Assembly (NCBI GenBank): GCA_051532035.1
Contig: JAOPTW010000056.1
Span: forward strand, 20,613-84,612
Origin: Fibrobacterales bacterium
GTDB lineage: Bacteria; Fibrobacterota; Fibrobacteria; Fibrobacterales; JAOPTW01
Direction of reading: 5' to 3'
Length of the DNA: 64,000 nucleotides
Shown here: positions 28,360 through 38,513 of the stretch, piece after piece
Numbering within the stretch: position 1 is the first letter of the stretch
How the letters are laid out: every line of letters begins with the position of its first letter
Position numbers and translations under genes: made by a program
Notes under the pieces: model-generated
What the model was told of the DNA's origin: nothing
Database searches by the model: none
What the model saw: the letters and a program-made list of their open reading frames with translations, nothing else

Positions 28360-30630
28360 TTAGTCTTTTGCGTAATTTAATCTTGTATGATACATTCCTT
28401 CAAGAGATGCCAAAAAAGCTTTTTTCATGAGCGGTAATTCAGAGAGAGTGAGCCCTGAATCATCCATTTGATTCTCTTTAAGTTTCATATCAACAGCTTG
28501 ATTTATAATTTCTTTAAAATCTTTGGTCTCAGGATTACTAATTGACCGAGCCATCGCTTCAAGGGTGTCGGCAATCATTAAAATAGCAGTCTCTTTACTC
28601 TGAGGTTTAGGGCCAAGGTGGCAAAAGTCTTTAGACTTAATTGCTTTGCCTGGGTTATCTTTCACCGCTTTTCTATAAAAGTATTGAATAACTGTAGTAC
28701 CATGGTGCTCGGGAATACTCGAAATAATAAGGGGGGGGAGTTGATACTTCTCGGCAAGGGTAATACCTTCGGTAACGTGTGAGATAATAATATCTTTGCT
28801 TTCCCATGGATCAAGACCTTCGTGTACATTCTTTGCCATGCCCTGATTTTCGGTATAATAGAGTGGTTTCTGTGTTTTACCAATATCGTGATAGAGTGCC
28901 ATAACTCTTACTAAGAGGCTATTAGCATTAATAGCACTCGCTGCCTTCTCGGCAATGTTTGCCACCATAATAGAGTGGTGAAAGGTACTAGGGACTTCGG
29001 TAGAGATAAGCTTCAGGGCGGGGTGATTAAAGTCAGAGAGCTCTATGAGGGTCATTGTTGTGGTAATCTTAAAGAGCTTTTCAAATATGGGGAGGAGCAA
29101 AAATGAACCGAGTCCAATTGAGAGGGTCACGCTCAGTGCACCATACGCCATTTTGATGTAGACGTTATTGAAGTTATTACCCAGGAGTGAAAGGGTAATA
29201 ATCAGCAAACTATAGATAAATATTGAGAGGAAACAGGTTGTGATAAACTGCCAGCGGTATCGAATGTTTTGCAGGGCATAAGCCGTTGTCATCCCGAGAG
29301 CTAACGCTACGATAGTCATATTGAGATCGTATCCGCACATCATACCATAATAGAGACTAAAATAGATTGAGAGTATAAACCCTGTTTTAACCGAAAAGAG
29401 CAATACTCCTAAAATACTCGCTACAATTATCAGATGGAGATACATGGTTTCTGTAGTGTCTATAAGAACATCGGGTCGAGCAATTTTGAGGAAGTCAATA
29501 ATAAGTTGGGTTCCAAAAAAGAGGCAAAATTGAATGATCATCACCGTTGCAAGGGCGTGAATTTGTGTGTTGGTTTTTATTTCGTGTTTTTGATAGAGGA
29601 TAAAATAGGCCCCCAAGAAGAGGGTAGAGATAATAATAAGCAACCATCGTCCTATGAGGGGTAGATATGACTTGTAGTTCTCTTGAGTCTGTTCTGTTTG
29701 ACGCTTAAGCTCTTTGAGCACGTTAACATGATAACTGGTGACAAGGTCCCCAGGGCGTAAAATATCCATACCTTTATAGATTTTACCTTCGTACAGATCT
29801 ACGCCAGTGCGGGCAAGCTCTCTACGCTTTTGGGTTTCAGATTCAAGGTAGAGAATTGTGGGTGAGGTAAAAGCAAAAAGAATTTCGTAGAACGCACTTT
29901 GTATTGCCTGAGATTTAGGATATTTCGACTTTAACTTTACAAACTCATCATCAATAAGAATTTCTTTCGTTTTAATGTCAGAAAGAGGGACGGATTCTTC
30001 ATTACTGTCTTGAATTAGGTTAATAGTGGGTTTTGTATAGATGAGCACTTTGAGGTCACGAATGGTAAAGGTTGCTTTGTAGTTTCGCACTTGTTTTTTA
30101 TTCATTGCTATGAGCGAGTTTGAGATACCTTTGTTAATGATATTTCTAAAGGATTGTATAAGGTCACTTCGAGCTTGTTCATTGGTACTCATTTGTGAAA
30201 TTGCCACATGGGAGATAGATTTGTTCAGTTTTTGATAATGGGTTGCCGCGATTAACGCAATTGAGTCCGCTTTCTTGGTGCCGCTAAAGCGTTCGAGTTC
30301 CTTTTGAATCACTTGATATTGAGTGAGGTACTCAATGAGATCCGTAAATGAACTCTTTAACCGATTGTTCTGCTCTGTATCGTATTCAAAAACCGCAGGG
30401 ACGGCATCAGCAGCCCCCTCTCGTTCACGAATCAACTGGTCTTCAGACTTTGGTATATCAAAGGTAAGAGGAGCTACGTAGTGTTTTTGAGCGAGTTCAT
30501 TCACTTTGGGAATAACCGATTTAATATCAATATTCTGCACTGGAAAGAGCAGGCATCCAATAAAGCATACGATTAAAAATGAAAGGCCGAGGTGGATTGT
30601 TCTTGGGGAGTTAATGCTCTTGTTTTTCAT
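28360..30630 (-). CDS. 7TM-HD family phosphohydrolase (PgpH-like)
   Basis: Extracytoplasmic domain, 7 TM helices, TFHHS..VA, YHDIGK...P.Y..ENQ, HHGT, GPKPQSKE..I.M.AD. Confidence 0.88.
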   Translation of the reverse strand: MKNKSINSPRTIHLGLSFLIVCFIGCLLFPVQNIDIKSVIPKVNELAQKHYVAPLTFDIPKSEDQLIREREGAADAVPAVFEYDTEQNNRLKSSFTDLIEYLTQYQVIQKELERFSGTKKADSIALIAATHYQKLNKSISHVAISQMSTNEQARSDLIQSFRNIINKGISNSLIAMNKKQVRNYKATFTIRDLKVLIYTKPTINLIQDSNEESVPLSDIKTKEILIDDEFVKLKSKYPKSQAIQSAFYEILFAFTSPTILYLESETQKRRELARTGVDLYEGKIYKGMDILRPGDLVTSYHVNVLKELKRQTEQTQENYKSYLPLIGRWLLIIISTLFLGAYFILYQKHEIKTNTQIHALATVMIIQFCLFFGTQLIIDFLKIARPDVLIDTTETMYLHLIIVASILGVLLFSVKTGFILSIYFSLYYGMMCGYDLNMTIVALALGMTTAYALQNIRYRWQFITTCFLSIFIYSLLIITLSLLGNNFNNVYIKMAYGALSVTLSIGLGSFLLLPIFEKLFKITTTMTLIELSDFNHPALKLISTEVPSTFHHSIMVANIAEKAASAINANSLLVRVMALYHDIGKTQKPLYYTENQGMAKNVHEGLDPWESKDIIISHVTEGITLAEKYQLPPLIISSIPEHHGTTVIQYFYRKAVKDNPGKAIKSKDFCHLGPKPQSKETAILMIADTLEAMARSISNPETKDFKEIINQAVDMKLKENQMDDSGLTLSELPLMKKAFLASLEGMYHTRLNYAKD

Positions 30631-31549
30631 AGGCGTTAATTATTTTTGAAACCAGTCTGTGTCTCTGAATGTCTTTGGTGTCTAGAGTTACTTGTGCGAT
30701 TCCAGGGATACCTTTCAATATAGAAAGGGCGTGGGGGAATCCTGAGAGCTGATTGGGAGCGAGGTCTTTCTGTGTACTGTCACCGGTAATAATAGCGGTG
30801 GAGTTAGGGCCGATTCTGGTGAGGAACATTTTCATCTGTGAGATGGTGGTATTTTGTGCTTCATCGAGTATAATAAAGGTCCGCTTTAATGTACGTCCCC
30901 TCATGTAGGCAAGCGGGGCAATTTCCAACATATTTGATTCATTATATGCGCGGACTTTCTCTTTTGGAAGAAGCTCATCGATGGTGTCATAAATAGGGTG
31001 GAGGTAGGGGGCGATTTTCTCTTTTAAATCTCCAGGAAGATAGCCAAGGTTTTCACCAGCTTCAACTGCGGGTCTTACAAGAGAGAGTCGTTCTACATCT
31101 CGGTTTTCGAGGGCTGCAACAGCTAAAGTAACTGCAAGAAAGGTTTTACCGGTACCAGCAGGGCCATTGACAAAGACAATGTCGTTGTTGCGCACTGCAT
31201 CGACTACAGCAAGTTGACCTGTAGTTTTAGGTTGAATGGGCTGACCAAAACGGTTCCTAAAAATGGGTCTACCTAATTTTGCAGCAGGGCGGTCGTCATT
31301 TTGACTGAGTACTTGTTTGAGGTAAAAAGGGGTAATCTCATTTCCGTTTTTTAGACAAAAACGCATCTCATCAAGAATTTTTATAGCTCGATCTATAGCT
31401 TCTTGCTGAGGTGCAATAATGAGGATGCCTGTACCACGATTTACTAAGGTAACCTTTAGGCTTTGCTCGAACAAAGAAACATTCTCGTTGTTCAGGCCGA
31501 GGATTTTGATTTTTTCAGATTCAGATATCGTGTATCTGTTTTCTATCAT
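30611..31549 (-). CDS. phoH: PhoH family ATPase
   Basis: GPAGTGKT, RPAVEAGE.LGYLPGDL.EK, APLAYMRGRT, DEAQN, FLTR.G. Confidence 0.93.
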   Translation of the reverse strand: MIENRYTISESEKIKILGLNNENVSLFEQSLKVTLVNRGTGILIIAPQQEAIDRAIKILDEMRFCLKNGNEITPFYLKQVLSQNDDRPAAKLGRPIFRNRFGQPIQPKTTGQLAVVDAVRNNDIVFVNGPAGTGKTFLAVTLAVAALENRDVERLSLVRPAVEAGENLGYLPGDLKEKIAPYLHPIYDTIDELLPKEKVRAYNESNMLEIAPLAYMRGRTLKRTFIILDEAQNTTISQMKMFLTRIGPNSTAIITGDSTQKDLAPNQLSGFPHALSILKGIPGIAQVTLDTKDIQRHRLVSKIINAYEKQEH

Positions 31550-31563
31550 TGATGCTTCGATGT

Positions 31564-31785
31564 TTAGTCCTCGATGGGCATCCCAAGTTCGCGTTTAAGG
31601 TTGAAAATCTCTTTTTTGAGTTCGTGATTCTCTTTTTCAAGTGTTAGCGCACGGCCAGACATCTCATTTACATCACCCTCAATCTCTTTTGGGCCTTCTT
31701 CACCTGCTGGTTTTGTACTACCACATCCGGTAAGAACTAATCCAATAACGAGTAGCGCAGCTACACTCAGTGATATTTTTTTCAT
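31564..31785 (-). CDS. Small hypothetical lipoprotein with short coiled coil
   Basis: MKK-hydrophobic-LTGC lipobox; start moved to ATG 31785. Confidence 0.65.
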   Translation of the reverse strand: MKKISLSVAALLVIGLVLTGCGSTKPAGEEGPKEIEGDVNEMSGRALTLEKENHELKKEIFNLKRELGMPIED

Positions 31786-31918
31786 GAATTTATCCATTTT
31801 CGTAATCCTATCATAAAATATAAGCCTTTTGAGGATTCTCAAAAGGCTTATTCAATTTATTTTACCAACTAACACAATTTAGCCTAATAGAAGGGTATTG
31901 TGCGGTTAAAGGGAATAA

Positions 31919-33706
31919 TTACTCCCCTTGTTTTTCTCTTACGTTAATATGTATATCAAGAAGTTGCATTGGGTCAACATTTGATGGGGCTTGATCCATC
32001 GGCGAGTTTGCAGTTGAATTTTTAGGAAATGCAATAAAGTCTCTGATTGATTCTTCATTTTCCATTGTTGCAACCATACGATCGACACCAATAGCAAAGC
32101 CAGCATGAGGAGGTGCACCATATTGGAACGCCTCAACAAAGAAACCAAATTTTTCTTCAACTTCTTCATCGGTCAGACTGAGCGCTTTAAATACTTGTTG
32201 TTGTACTTCTGGGTCATGAATCCGTTCAGAACCTGATCCGAGTTCAACGCCATTGAGTACAAGGTCATATGATTTTGAAAGGAGGCCATCAAATTCACCC
32301 TTAACCATTTTCTCAAGATCTTCTGGATAAAGGTTTGTGAATGGATGGTGCATTGCTTGATATTTCTTGTCAGCTTCTTTATATTCAAACATAGGGAAGT
32401 CAACAATCCAAACAAAATTCTTTTCATCAGGGCTCGCAAGACCTTTCATTTTTGCAATTTCAGTTCTGAGGTGACCCATTGATTGTGCGGCAAGTTTTTC
32501 ACGTGCAGCAACAAAGAAAAGCATGTCACCTGGTTTTCCACCACAGGCATCACGGAGTTGTTCAAGTTGGCCTTCTTTAAAGAATTTACCTACTTGACTC
32601 TCAACTGAACCATCTTCTTTAACGCGCATCCAAACAAGGCCCTTTGCGCCATATTTTCCAACAAATTTTGTGAGTTCGTCAATAGTCTTACGAGTAAAAT
32701 CAACACAGCCTGTTGCTGCCATACCACGAATAACACCACCTGAGGCTACAACATTTTTGAATACACCGAAATCTGATTCTGCACCAATTTCTGATACATC
32801 ATGAATTTCAAGATCATAACGGAGGTCAGGTTTATCTGAACCATATTTAAGCATTGCCTCAGCATAAGCCATTTTTGGGATTTCCGTAGGGATTGTCGCT
32901 TCTGGCCAAACCTTTGGGATTACCTCTTGGATGTACTGAGAAAAAGTATTCATCACATCATCTTGTGATGAAAAAGCCATCTCAACATCAATTTGAGTAA
33001 ACTCTGGTTGGCGGTCTGCACGAAGGTCTTCATCGCGGAAACATTTGGCGATTTGAAAGTATTTATCATACCCGGCAATCATCAAAATCTGTTTGTACAC
33101 CTGTGGAGATTGAGGAAGTGCATAGAATTTACCGTGGTGAAGACGACTCGGAACTAAAAAGTCACGGGCACCTTCTGGGGTAGATTTGCAAAGTACTGGA
33201 GTCTCAATATCTTCAAAACCATTGTCGTAGAAAAATGCACGGGTTTCATGCTGATACTTTGACTTGAGCATGATCTTTTTTTGAATCCAAGGACGACGAA
33301 GATCGAGATAGCGATATTTCAATTTTACTTCATCATTTTCTTTAGAAACTTCATTGTGGTCATTGATAGAGAGTGGTGGGTTTTTTGCTTTGTTCAAAAT
33401 TTCAAGGTTATTTACAAAACACTCAATTTCACCAGTTTCAAGTTTATTGTTAGCCATACCGTCAAGACGGAGACGAACGTCACATTCAACCGCAACTACA
33501 AATTCATTACGAAGGGTGTCTGCAATTTTGTGAATTTCGGGATTGTGCTCAGGGTTAAATACCACTTGAGTTTTACCAAATTTATCACGCAGATCAATAA
33601 AAATAACGCCACCAAGATCACGACGTCTATCAACCCAACCCATAAGAGTTACGGTTTCGCCATTGTGTGCAGCACGTAATTCACCACAGTTATGTGTTCT
33701 TTTCAT
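31919..33706 (-). CDS. aspS: Aspartate--tRNA ligase
   Basis: RTH.CGEL, F.DLRD, KSTPEGARDF, LPQSPQ, FRDEDLRADRQPEFTQ.D.E, GAPPH.G. Confidence 0.98.
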   Translation of the reverse strand: MKRTHNCGELRAAHNGETVTLMGWVDRRRDLGGVIFIDLRDKFGKTQVVFNPEHNPEIHKIADTLRNEFVVAVECDVRLRLDGMANNKLETGEIECFVNNLEILNKAKNPPLSINDHNEVSKENDEVKLKYRYLDLRRPWIQKKIMLKSKYQHETRAFFYDNGFEDIETPVLCKSTPEGARDFLVPSRLHHGKFYALPQSPQVYKQILMIAGYDKYFQIAKCFRDEDLRADRQPEFTQIDVEMAFSSQDDVMNTFSQYIQEVIPKVWPEATIPTEIPKMAYAEAMLKYGSDKPDLRYDLEIHDVSEIGAESDFGVFKNVVASGGVIRGMAATGCVDFTRKTIDELTKFVGKYGAKGLVWMRVKEDGSVESQVGKFFKEGQLEQLRDACGGKPGDMLFFVAAREKLAAQSMGHLRTEIAKMKGLASPDEKNFVWIVDFPMFEYKEADKKYQAMHHPFTNLYPEDLEKMVKGEFDGLLSKSYDLVLNGVELGSGSERIHDPEVQQQVFKALSLTDEEVEEKFGFFVEAFQYGAPPHAGFAIGVDRMVATMENEESIRDFIAFPKNSTANSPMDQAPSNVDPMQLLDIHINVREKQGE

Positions 33707-33874
33707 GGAAGTTCCAAAGATTTAAGTTTTTCGGGGCAAAATATAGGAAAAAAAGGGGGAGACCTGTATGGGGAAAGCCGTAATAGAGGCTAAAGAGAAC
33801 AATTGATTACGGAGACAGGGGTAATAAGAATTCCCTGGAGAATAATTCCAGGGAATTTGACGTTTCTCTACAAA

Positions 33875-34756
33875 TTAGAGGATATTCAGTACTTGTTCTT
33901 TAATAGTCTCAATTTCTTCTTTGAGAATCACAGTGCGGTGTGACATTTCTGGAAAATTACTTTTGGTTCCTAAGGTATTTGCCTCTCTTAGCAACTCTTG
34001 TAAAAGAAAGTTGAGTTTTTTACCGTGGGGCCCATTGCTTTTTAAGGCAGATTTAAATGCTTTTATGTGTGATTCGAATCGTACAATCTCTTCGGTAACA
34101 TCAATTTTGTCTGCAATGATCGATATCTCTTGAATGAGTCTGTTTTCATCGAGGGTCGCTTTACCCATCAGTTCTTCAACTCGTTTTAACAGTTTATCAC
34201 GGGTATCTTTTGCGCGCTTTGGGGTTAGTTTTTTAATTTCTTTAAGTGTAGAGTCCATGAGGTCAATACGTGCAAGAATATCTTTTTTAAGGTTGTCACC
34301 TTCGGCACTTCTCATTTCAATAAGCTGTTTAAGAGCTTCGTTGAGCTGTTTTTTTACCTGTTTTGCTAAGAGATCACCATTGAGTTCAGTTTTGCTGTAG
34401 GTTATTAAATCTTGAAGTTGAAGGATTTGATCAATAGTCACTTCTCCTGGGATCTTGTGAGCTTTTTGAATATCTGTAGCAATTTTGAGATAGGATTTAA
34501 CAAGTGCTTTATTGTATCCTGCAGGTATGAGACTTGGTGTTTCACTTGAAATATTTATTGAAAGACTTACTGAGCCACGAATCAATTTTTGTTGAATTAA
34601 TTTTTTGAACTCATTTTCGTAGGGAGATAGCGTACGAGGGATGCGAAGATTACTTTCAAGGTAGCGATTGTTGACGCTTTTTAGTTCAAGAGATATTTCC
34701 ATATCTTTGTAGCGAGTTTCGCTTTTTCCAAAACCTGTCATACTCTGTAGTGCCAT
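33875..34756 (-). CDS. yicC: YicC/YloC family endoribonuclease
   Basis: SMTGFG, KSVN.RYL, DVTEE..R..SH, GKKL.FL.QE..RE.NT.G.K, EQV.N. Confidence 0.93.
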   Translation of the reverse strand: MALQSMTGFGKSETRYKDMEISLELKSVNNRYLESNLRIPRTLSPYENEFKKLIQQKLIRGSVSLSINISSETPSLIPAGYNKALVKSYLKIATDIQKAHKIPGEVTIDQILQLQDLITYSKTELNGDLLAKQVKKQLNEALKQLIEMRSAEGDNLKKDILARIDLMDSTLKEIKKLTPKRAKDTRDKLLKRVEELMGKATLDENRLIQEISIIADKIDVTEEIVRFESHIKAFKSALKSNGPHGKKLNFLLQELLREANTLGTKSNFPEMSHRTVILKEEIETIKEQVLNIL

Positions 34757-34883
34757 GTGGGATCGCCTTTTATTACGCTTTTCTTATATGTTGCACATAA
34801 GATATTAATTATTGCGTTATTCGTCGTTAAAAAGTGTGTTTTAGAGAGCTCTCAGTACTATTTGTCTGCTCAAAAGGGAAAGA

Positions 34884-36173
34884 TTATTCCGGAATTATTT
34901 CGGCGAAGAGTCCAAAAATATCAGGAGTTGTTACACGGACTTTTATCTTTTCGCCCAGTGCATGAGTACTTTTTAGGACAACAGGCTTATATGATGAGTT
35001 TCTACCGACGGCATCTCCTTGACGAGATATCTCATCAATGACAATAGTTCCCTCCCAGTTAACCCATTTTTTGTTGTTTTCAAAGGCAACCTTTTTAAAC
35101 TCTTCTGTTAAAATGCGGCTTCGGTTCTTTTTCTCATGGATGTGGATCTGATCGGGGAATTTTTGAGCTGCGGTTTTCTCGCGAGGTACAAACCGGGTTC
35201 GATTACATACCGAAGGTTTAGTAGAGCGAATAAGATTGAGGGTGTCTTCAAAGTCTTGTTCGGTTTCGCCTGGGAATCCAACGATAATATCTGTTGATAA
35301 TGTGAGCTCGGGTATTTCTTTGCGAATAGTATCTACAAGAAATATGTAGTCTTCGACAGAGTGTTTGCGCTTCATTGATTCAAGAACGGTGTTACTTCCA
35401 CTCTGAACCGATAGATGGATAAATTTAAACACCTTTGGGTGTTTCATTGCTTCGATAAGTTCGTCGATATAGCTGAGAAGGTGGCGGGGGTTACCCATAC
35501 CGATGCGTACCATAAAATCACCAGGGAGGGCTATCACCGCTGTAACCAATTTCGCGAGATTGGTGTCGATATCAAAGCCATAGCATGCGGCATCTTGGCC
35601 GGTCAACCATATCTCTTTACAGCCATCAGCAATACATGCTTCCACTTCTTCGAGGATGTTTTTTACTGGGTAACTATAGTGCTTCCCTTTAACGAGTACT
35701 GTAGAACAAAATGAACAGTTGTCGAGGCAGCCTGCAGATACAGGAACAATACCAACCACAGGATTGGTGCGTACTTTGGGTTTGTTTACTTTAACTTGTT
35801 TTTCAACCTTAAAATCCTCGACTACGGATCCCTCAAATGTCTCAGAGATAGTGTTCGCAATTTTGTTGAGGTTATTAGTTGTGGTAAGGGAAGCTGATGG
35901 GTCAACTTCGTGAACGAGACGTCCAAGTTCTTTAGTGACACAGCCACTGAGGACAATTTTCTTATGAGGGTACTCTGCACGTAATTTACGAACGCGTTTT
36001 ACGATTTCAGAATTACCTTTAACCGTACAGACATTAAGAATGATCATATCTGCATCATCATCTGTTTGAGCAACAGTGTAGTCGTTTTGAATGAGGCCGT
36101 TAATAATTTCACCTTCACCCATATTGAGGCTACAGCCATAACTTTTTAGGTGGATCGATTTAGTTTGTTTCAT
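34884..36173 (-). CDS. Radical-SAM tRNA methylthiotransferase, archaeal/eukaryotic CDKAL1 (e-MtaB)-like
   Basis: UPF0004 (YGC..N, NVCTVK, GC), CxxxCxxC, KEIWLT..D...YG.DI.TNL..L, RIGM.NP, TDIIVGFPGET, C-terminal TRAM. Confidence 0.85.
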   Translation of the reverse strand: MKQTKSIHLKSYGCSLNMGEGEIINGLIQNDYTVAQTDDDADMIILNVCTVKGNSEIVKRVRKLRAEYPHKKIVLSGCVTKELGRLVHEVDPSASLTTTNNLNKIANTISETFEGSVVEDFKVEKQVKVNKPKVRTNPVVGIVPVSAGCLDNCSFCSTVLVKGKHYSYPVKNILEEVEACIADGCKEIWLTGQDAACYGFDIDTNLAKLVTAVIALPGDFMVRIGMGNPRHLLSYIDELIEAMKHPKVFKFIHLSVQSGSNTVLESMKRKHSVEDYIFLVDTIRKEIPELTLSTDIIVGFPGETEQDFEDTLNLIRSTKPSVCNRTRFVPREKTAAQKFPDQIHIHEKKNRSRILTEEFKKVAFENNKKWVNWEGTIVIDEISRQGDAVGRNSSYKPVVLKSTHALGEKIKVRVTTPDIFGLFAEIIPE

Positions 36174-36398
36174 CTGCTACGGTTTTTTAAAGAGTGTGCC
36201 AAAGATAGTAAATAATATAATGACCATTTCTGAATTTTGAGTTCCCCTTGGTTCATGAGTAAGATATTACAAACTCTCTCTCCTGTGGGGCCTAAAAAAG
36301 GGGCGAGAAAGTGTGGGTTCTTGCTTTTCTTCCCAAAATGGCCATTAATTCTTATATTTGAAGCAAATATCTCAAACCTTATAACAATTGGATTGTTC

Positions 36399-37421
36399 AT
36401 GAAAAAAATCGCACTCGTTATTGCGTTATTACTTGTGACTTTTGCACAAGCTCAACTTCTTAATACCTCTGGAATGCCTGTATTCAAAGTGGGTGCTATG
36501 GAATTTTCAAAAGGGAAAATTGATACCATGATTTTGGTAATCGAGGAGCAACAAAAGATGTCTTCTGGTGGACAACAGTTGCCACCTGGCGCTCGTGAGC
36601 AGATTAAATATACTGTGGTTAAAAATATAGTCGGAGCTGAGCTTCTAAAATTAGAGGCTGTATCTAAAAAACTTAAACCAAAACAGTCTACTGTTGATAG
36701 TCTATACGAGTCACAAATGGCACTCTATGTGAACAAATTAAAAAGCAAAGAGAATGTTGAAAAATACCTTGCACAGCAGGGAATCACACTTAATGACATC
36801 AAAGAAAAAGTAAAAGAGTCTGTGGTAAGTGATCAATTATTAAAAAAAGTGGTCTCTGAACCAGGAATTCCTACTGAAAAAGATATCAAAGGGTATTACA
36901 CCAAACATAAAAAAGAACTCCCTATTAATGATACCATCAGTGGTTTTCAGATTCTTCTTAAAACAACAAAAGCTGAGACTAAAGAGAGCAAAGAGACAAA
37001 GAAAGAGTTTCTCAATGGTTTAAGTGCACAAGTTAAAATGGGTAAAGCACAGTTTGACCGTCTTGCTGCACAGCACTCTGATGATGACGCTGCAAAGAGA
37101 AATGGTGGTCATATGGGACGCTTTACATTGAAAGATATGAAACCTCAGTTTGCAAAAGCGGTTCGTGGCCTTAAAGTTGGTCAGATTACTAAAGCATTTG
37201 AAACACCACTTGGCATTCATATTTTCTATCTCTTTGAAAAAAATGATGGCAAATTAGAGTCGTATAAAGAGTTGATTGCTCAAGCTATTTATCAAGAAGA
37301 GATGATGAAACGCCAAAGTAAAGTTGAAGAGTATTTAAAATCTCTTGAGAAGAAATTTCCTGTGGTCTACTATGATAAATCATATGACCCTGCGGCACTC
37401 TCAATTCCAGGACTTAGATAG
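36399..37421 (+). CDS. Parvulin-type peptidyl-prolyl isomerase (SurA/PrsA-like)
   Basis: Signal peptide, F..LA..HSDD....NGG.MG.F....M...F..AV..L..GQI....ET..G.HI; start moved to ATG 36399. Confidence 0.88.
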   Translation: MKKIALVIALLLVTFAQAQLLNTSGMPVFKVGAMEFSKGKIDTMILVIEEQQKMSSGGQQLPPGAREQIKYTVVKNIVGAELLKLEAVSKKLKPKQSTVDSLYESQMALYVNKLKSKENVEKYLAQQGITLNDIKEKVKESVVSDQLLKKVVSEPGIPTEKDIKGYYTKHKKELPINDTISGFQILLKTTKAETKESKETKKEFLNGLSAQVKMGKAQFDRLAAQHSDDDAAKRNGGHMGRFTLKDMKPQFAKAVRGLKVGQITKAFETPLGIHIFYLFEKNDGKLESYKELIAQAIYQEEMMKRQSKVEEYLKSLEKKFPVVYYDKSYDPAALSIPGLR

Positions 37422-37422
37422 T

Positions 37423-38512
37423 ATGGCATTACAAGTATTTACCGAGATCACAGAACGACTCGGAAATTTACGGAGGTATCTTTGACCTGGACACAATGCG
37501 TGAACAGGTAAAAGTGATGGAGCAGGATTCAACTGCTCCAGATTTCTGGGATAATAACGAAAAAGCTCAGACTCATTTAAAAAAAATTAAGACCTTGAAA
37601 GATTGGATTGAACCCTGGGATCAAGTCAGTGGTGATAGTGACGATTTCTCAGAAATGTATGACCTCGCGAAAGAAGAGGGTGATGCTGAAACAATGGACT
37701 CAATCTTACATGATGTAGAGTCTATGAAGAAAACACTCTCTGAATTAGAACTGCGTAGAATGCTCAGTGGCGAAGATGATGACAAAGCTGCTGTCATGAC
37801 TATTAACCCTGGTTCTGGTGGTACCGAGTCACAAGATTGGGCAGAGATGCTTGTTCGTATGTACCGTCGCTTTTTTGAAAAAGAAGGCATGAACTGTAAG
37901 GTGCTTGAATATCAAGAAGGTGAAGAAGCGGGAATAAAGTCGGTAACGATGGAGATTGACTCTGAATATGCATATGGGTATCTTCGCTCCGAAGTAGGAG
38001 TTCATCGGTTAGTGCGTATTTCACCATTTGATTCAAATGCACGACGGCATACCTCATTTGCTGGGGTCTTTTTATATCCGATACTCGAAGATATTGATTT
38101 TGACATTCAAGACAGTGATGTACGGGTTGATACCTACAGGGCGAGTGGTGCTGGTGGACAGCATATTAATAAAACAGACTCTGCGGTACGTATGACACAT
38201 ATTCCAACAGGTAAAGTGTCGACTTGTCAAAGTGAGCGTTCACAGATACAGAATAGAGAGAAGGCCAAAAAAATTCTTGAAACGATTGTCTATCAGCATT
38301 ATCGTGATGAAGAAGAGGCTAAGCGAGATTCAAAGCTTGCAGAAAAGAAAAAAATTGAGTGGGGGAGTCAAATACGCAATTATGTTTTGCATCCCTACAC
38401 TATGGTAAAAGATGCGAGAACAGCAACAGAGAGTTCTGATGCAAGTGGTGTTCTCGATGGAAATATAAAGAACTTTATAGAGTCTTATTTACTGGCAACA
38501 GGAGAAGAGTAA
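37423..38512 (+). CDS. prfB: Peptide chain release factor 2 with programmed +1 frameshift
   Basis: ATG 37423 opens 20 codons to CTT-TGA-C; continues in +1 frame; SPF and GGQ motifs, IEWGSQIR. Confidence 0.97.
37472..37486 (+). promoter_or_regulatory. RF2 autoregulatory frameshift cassette
   Basis: GGAGG-TAT-CTT-TGA-C: internal SD plus slippery CTT-TGA. Confidence 0.95.
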
Positions 38513-38513
38513 C

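Noticed and set aside
36170..36400. 76-aa minus ORF and 54-aa N-terminal extension of the PPIase
   Set aside because: Region is a divergent promoter interval; the signal peptide starts at ATG 36399
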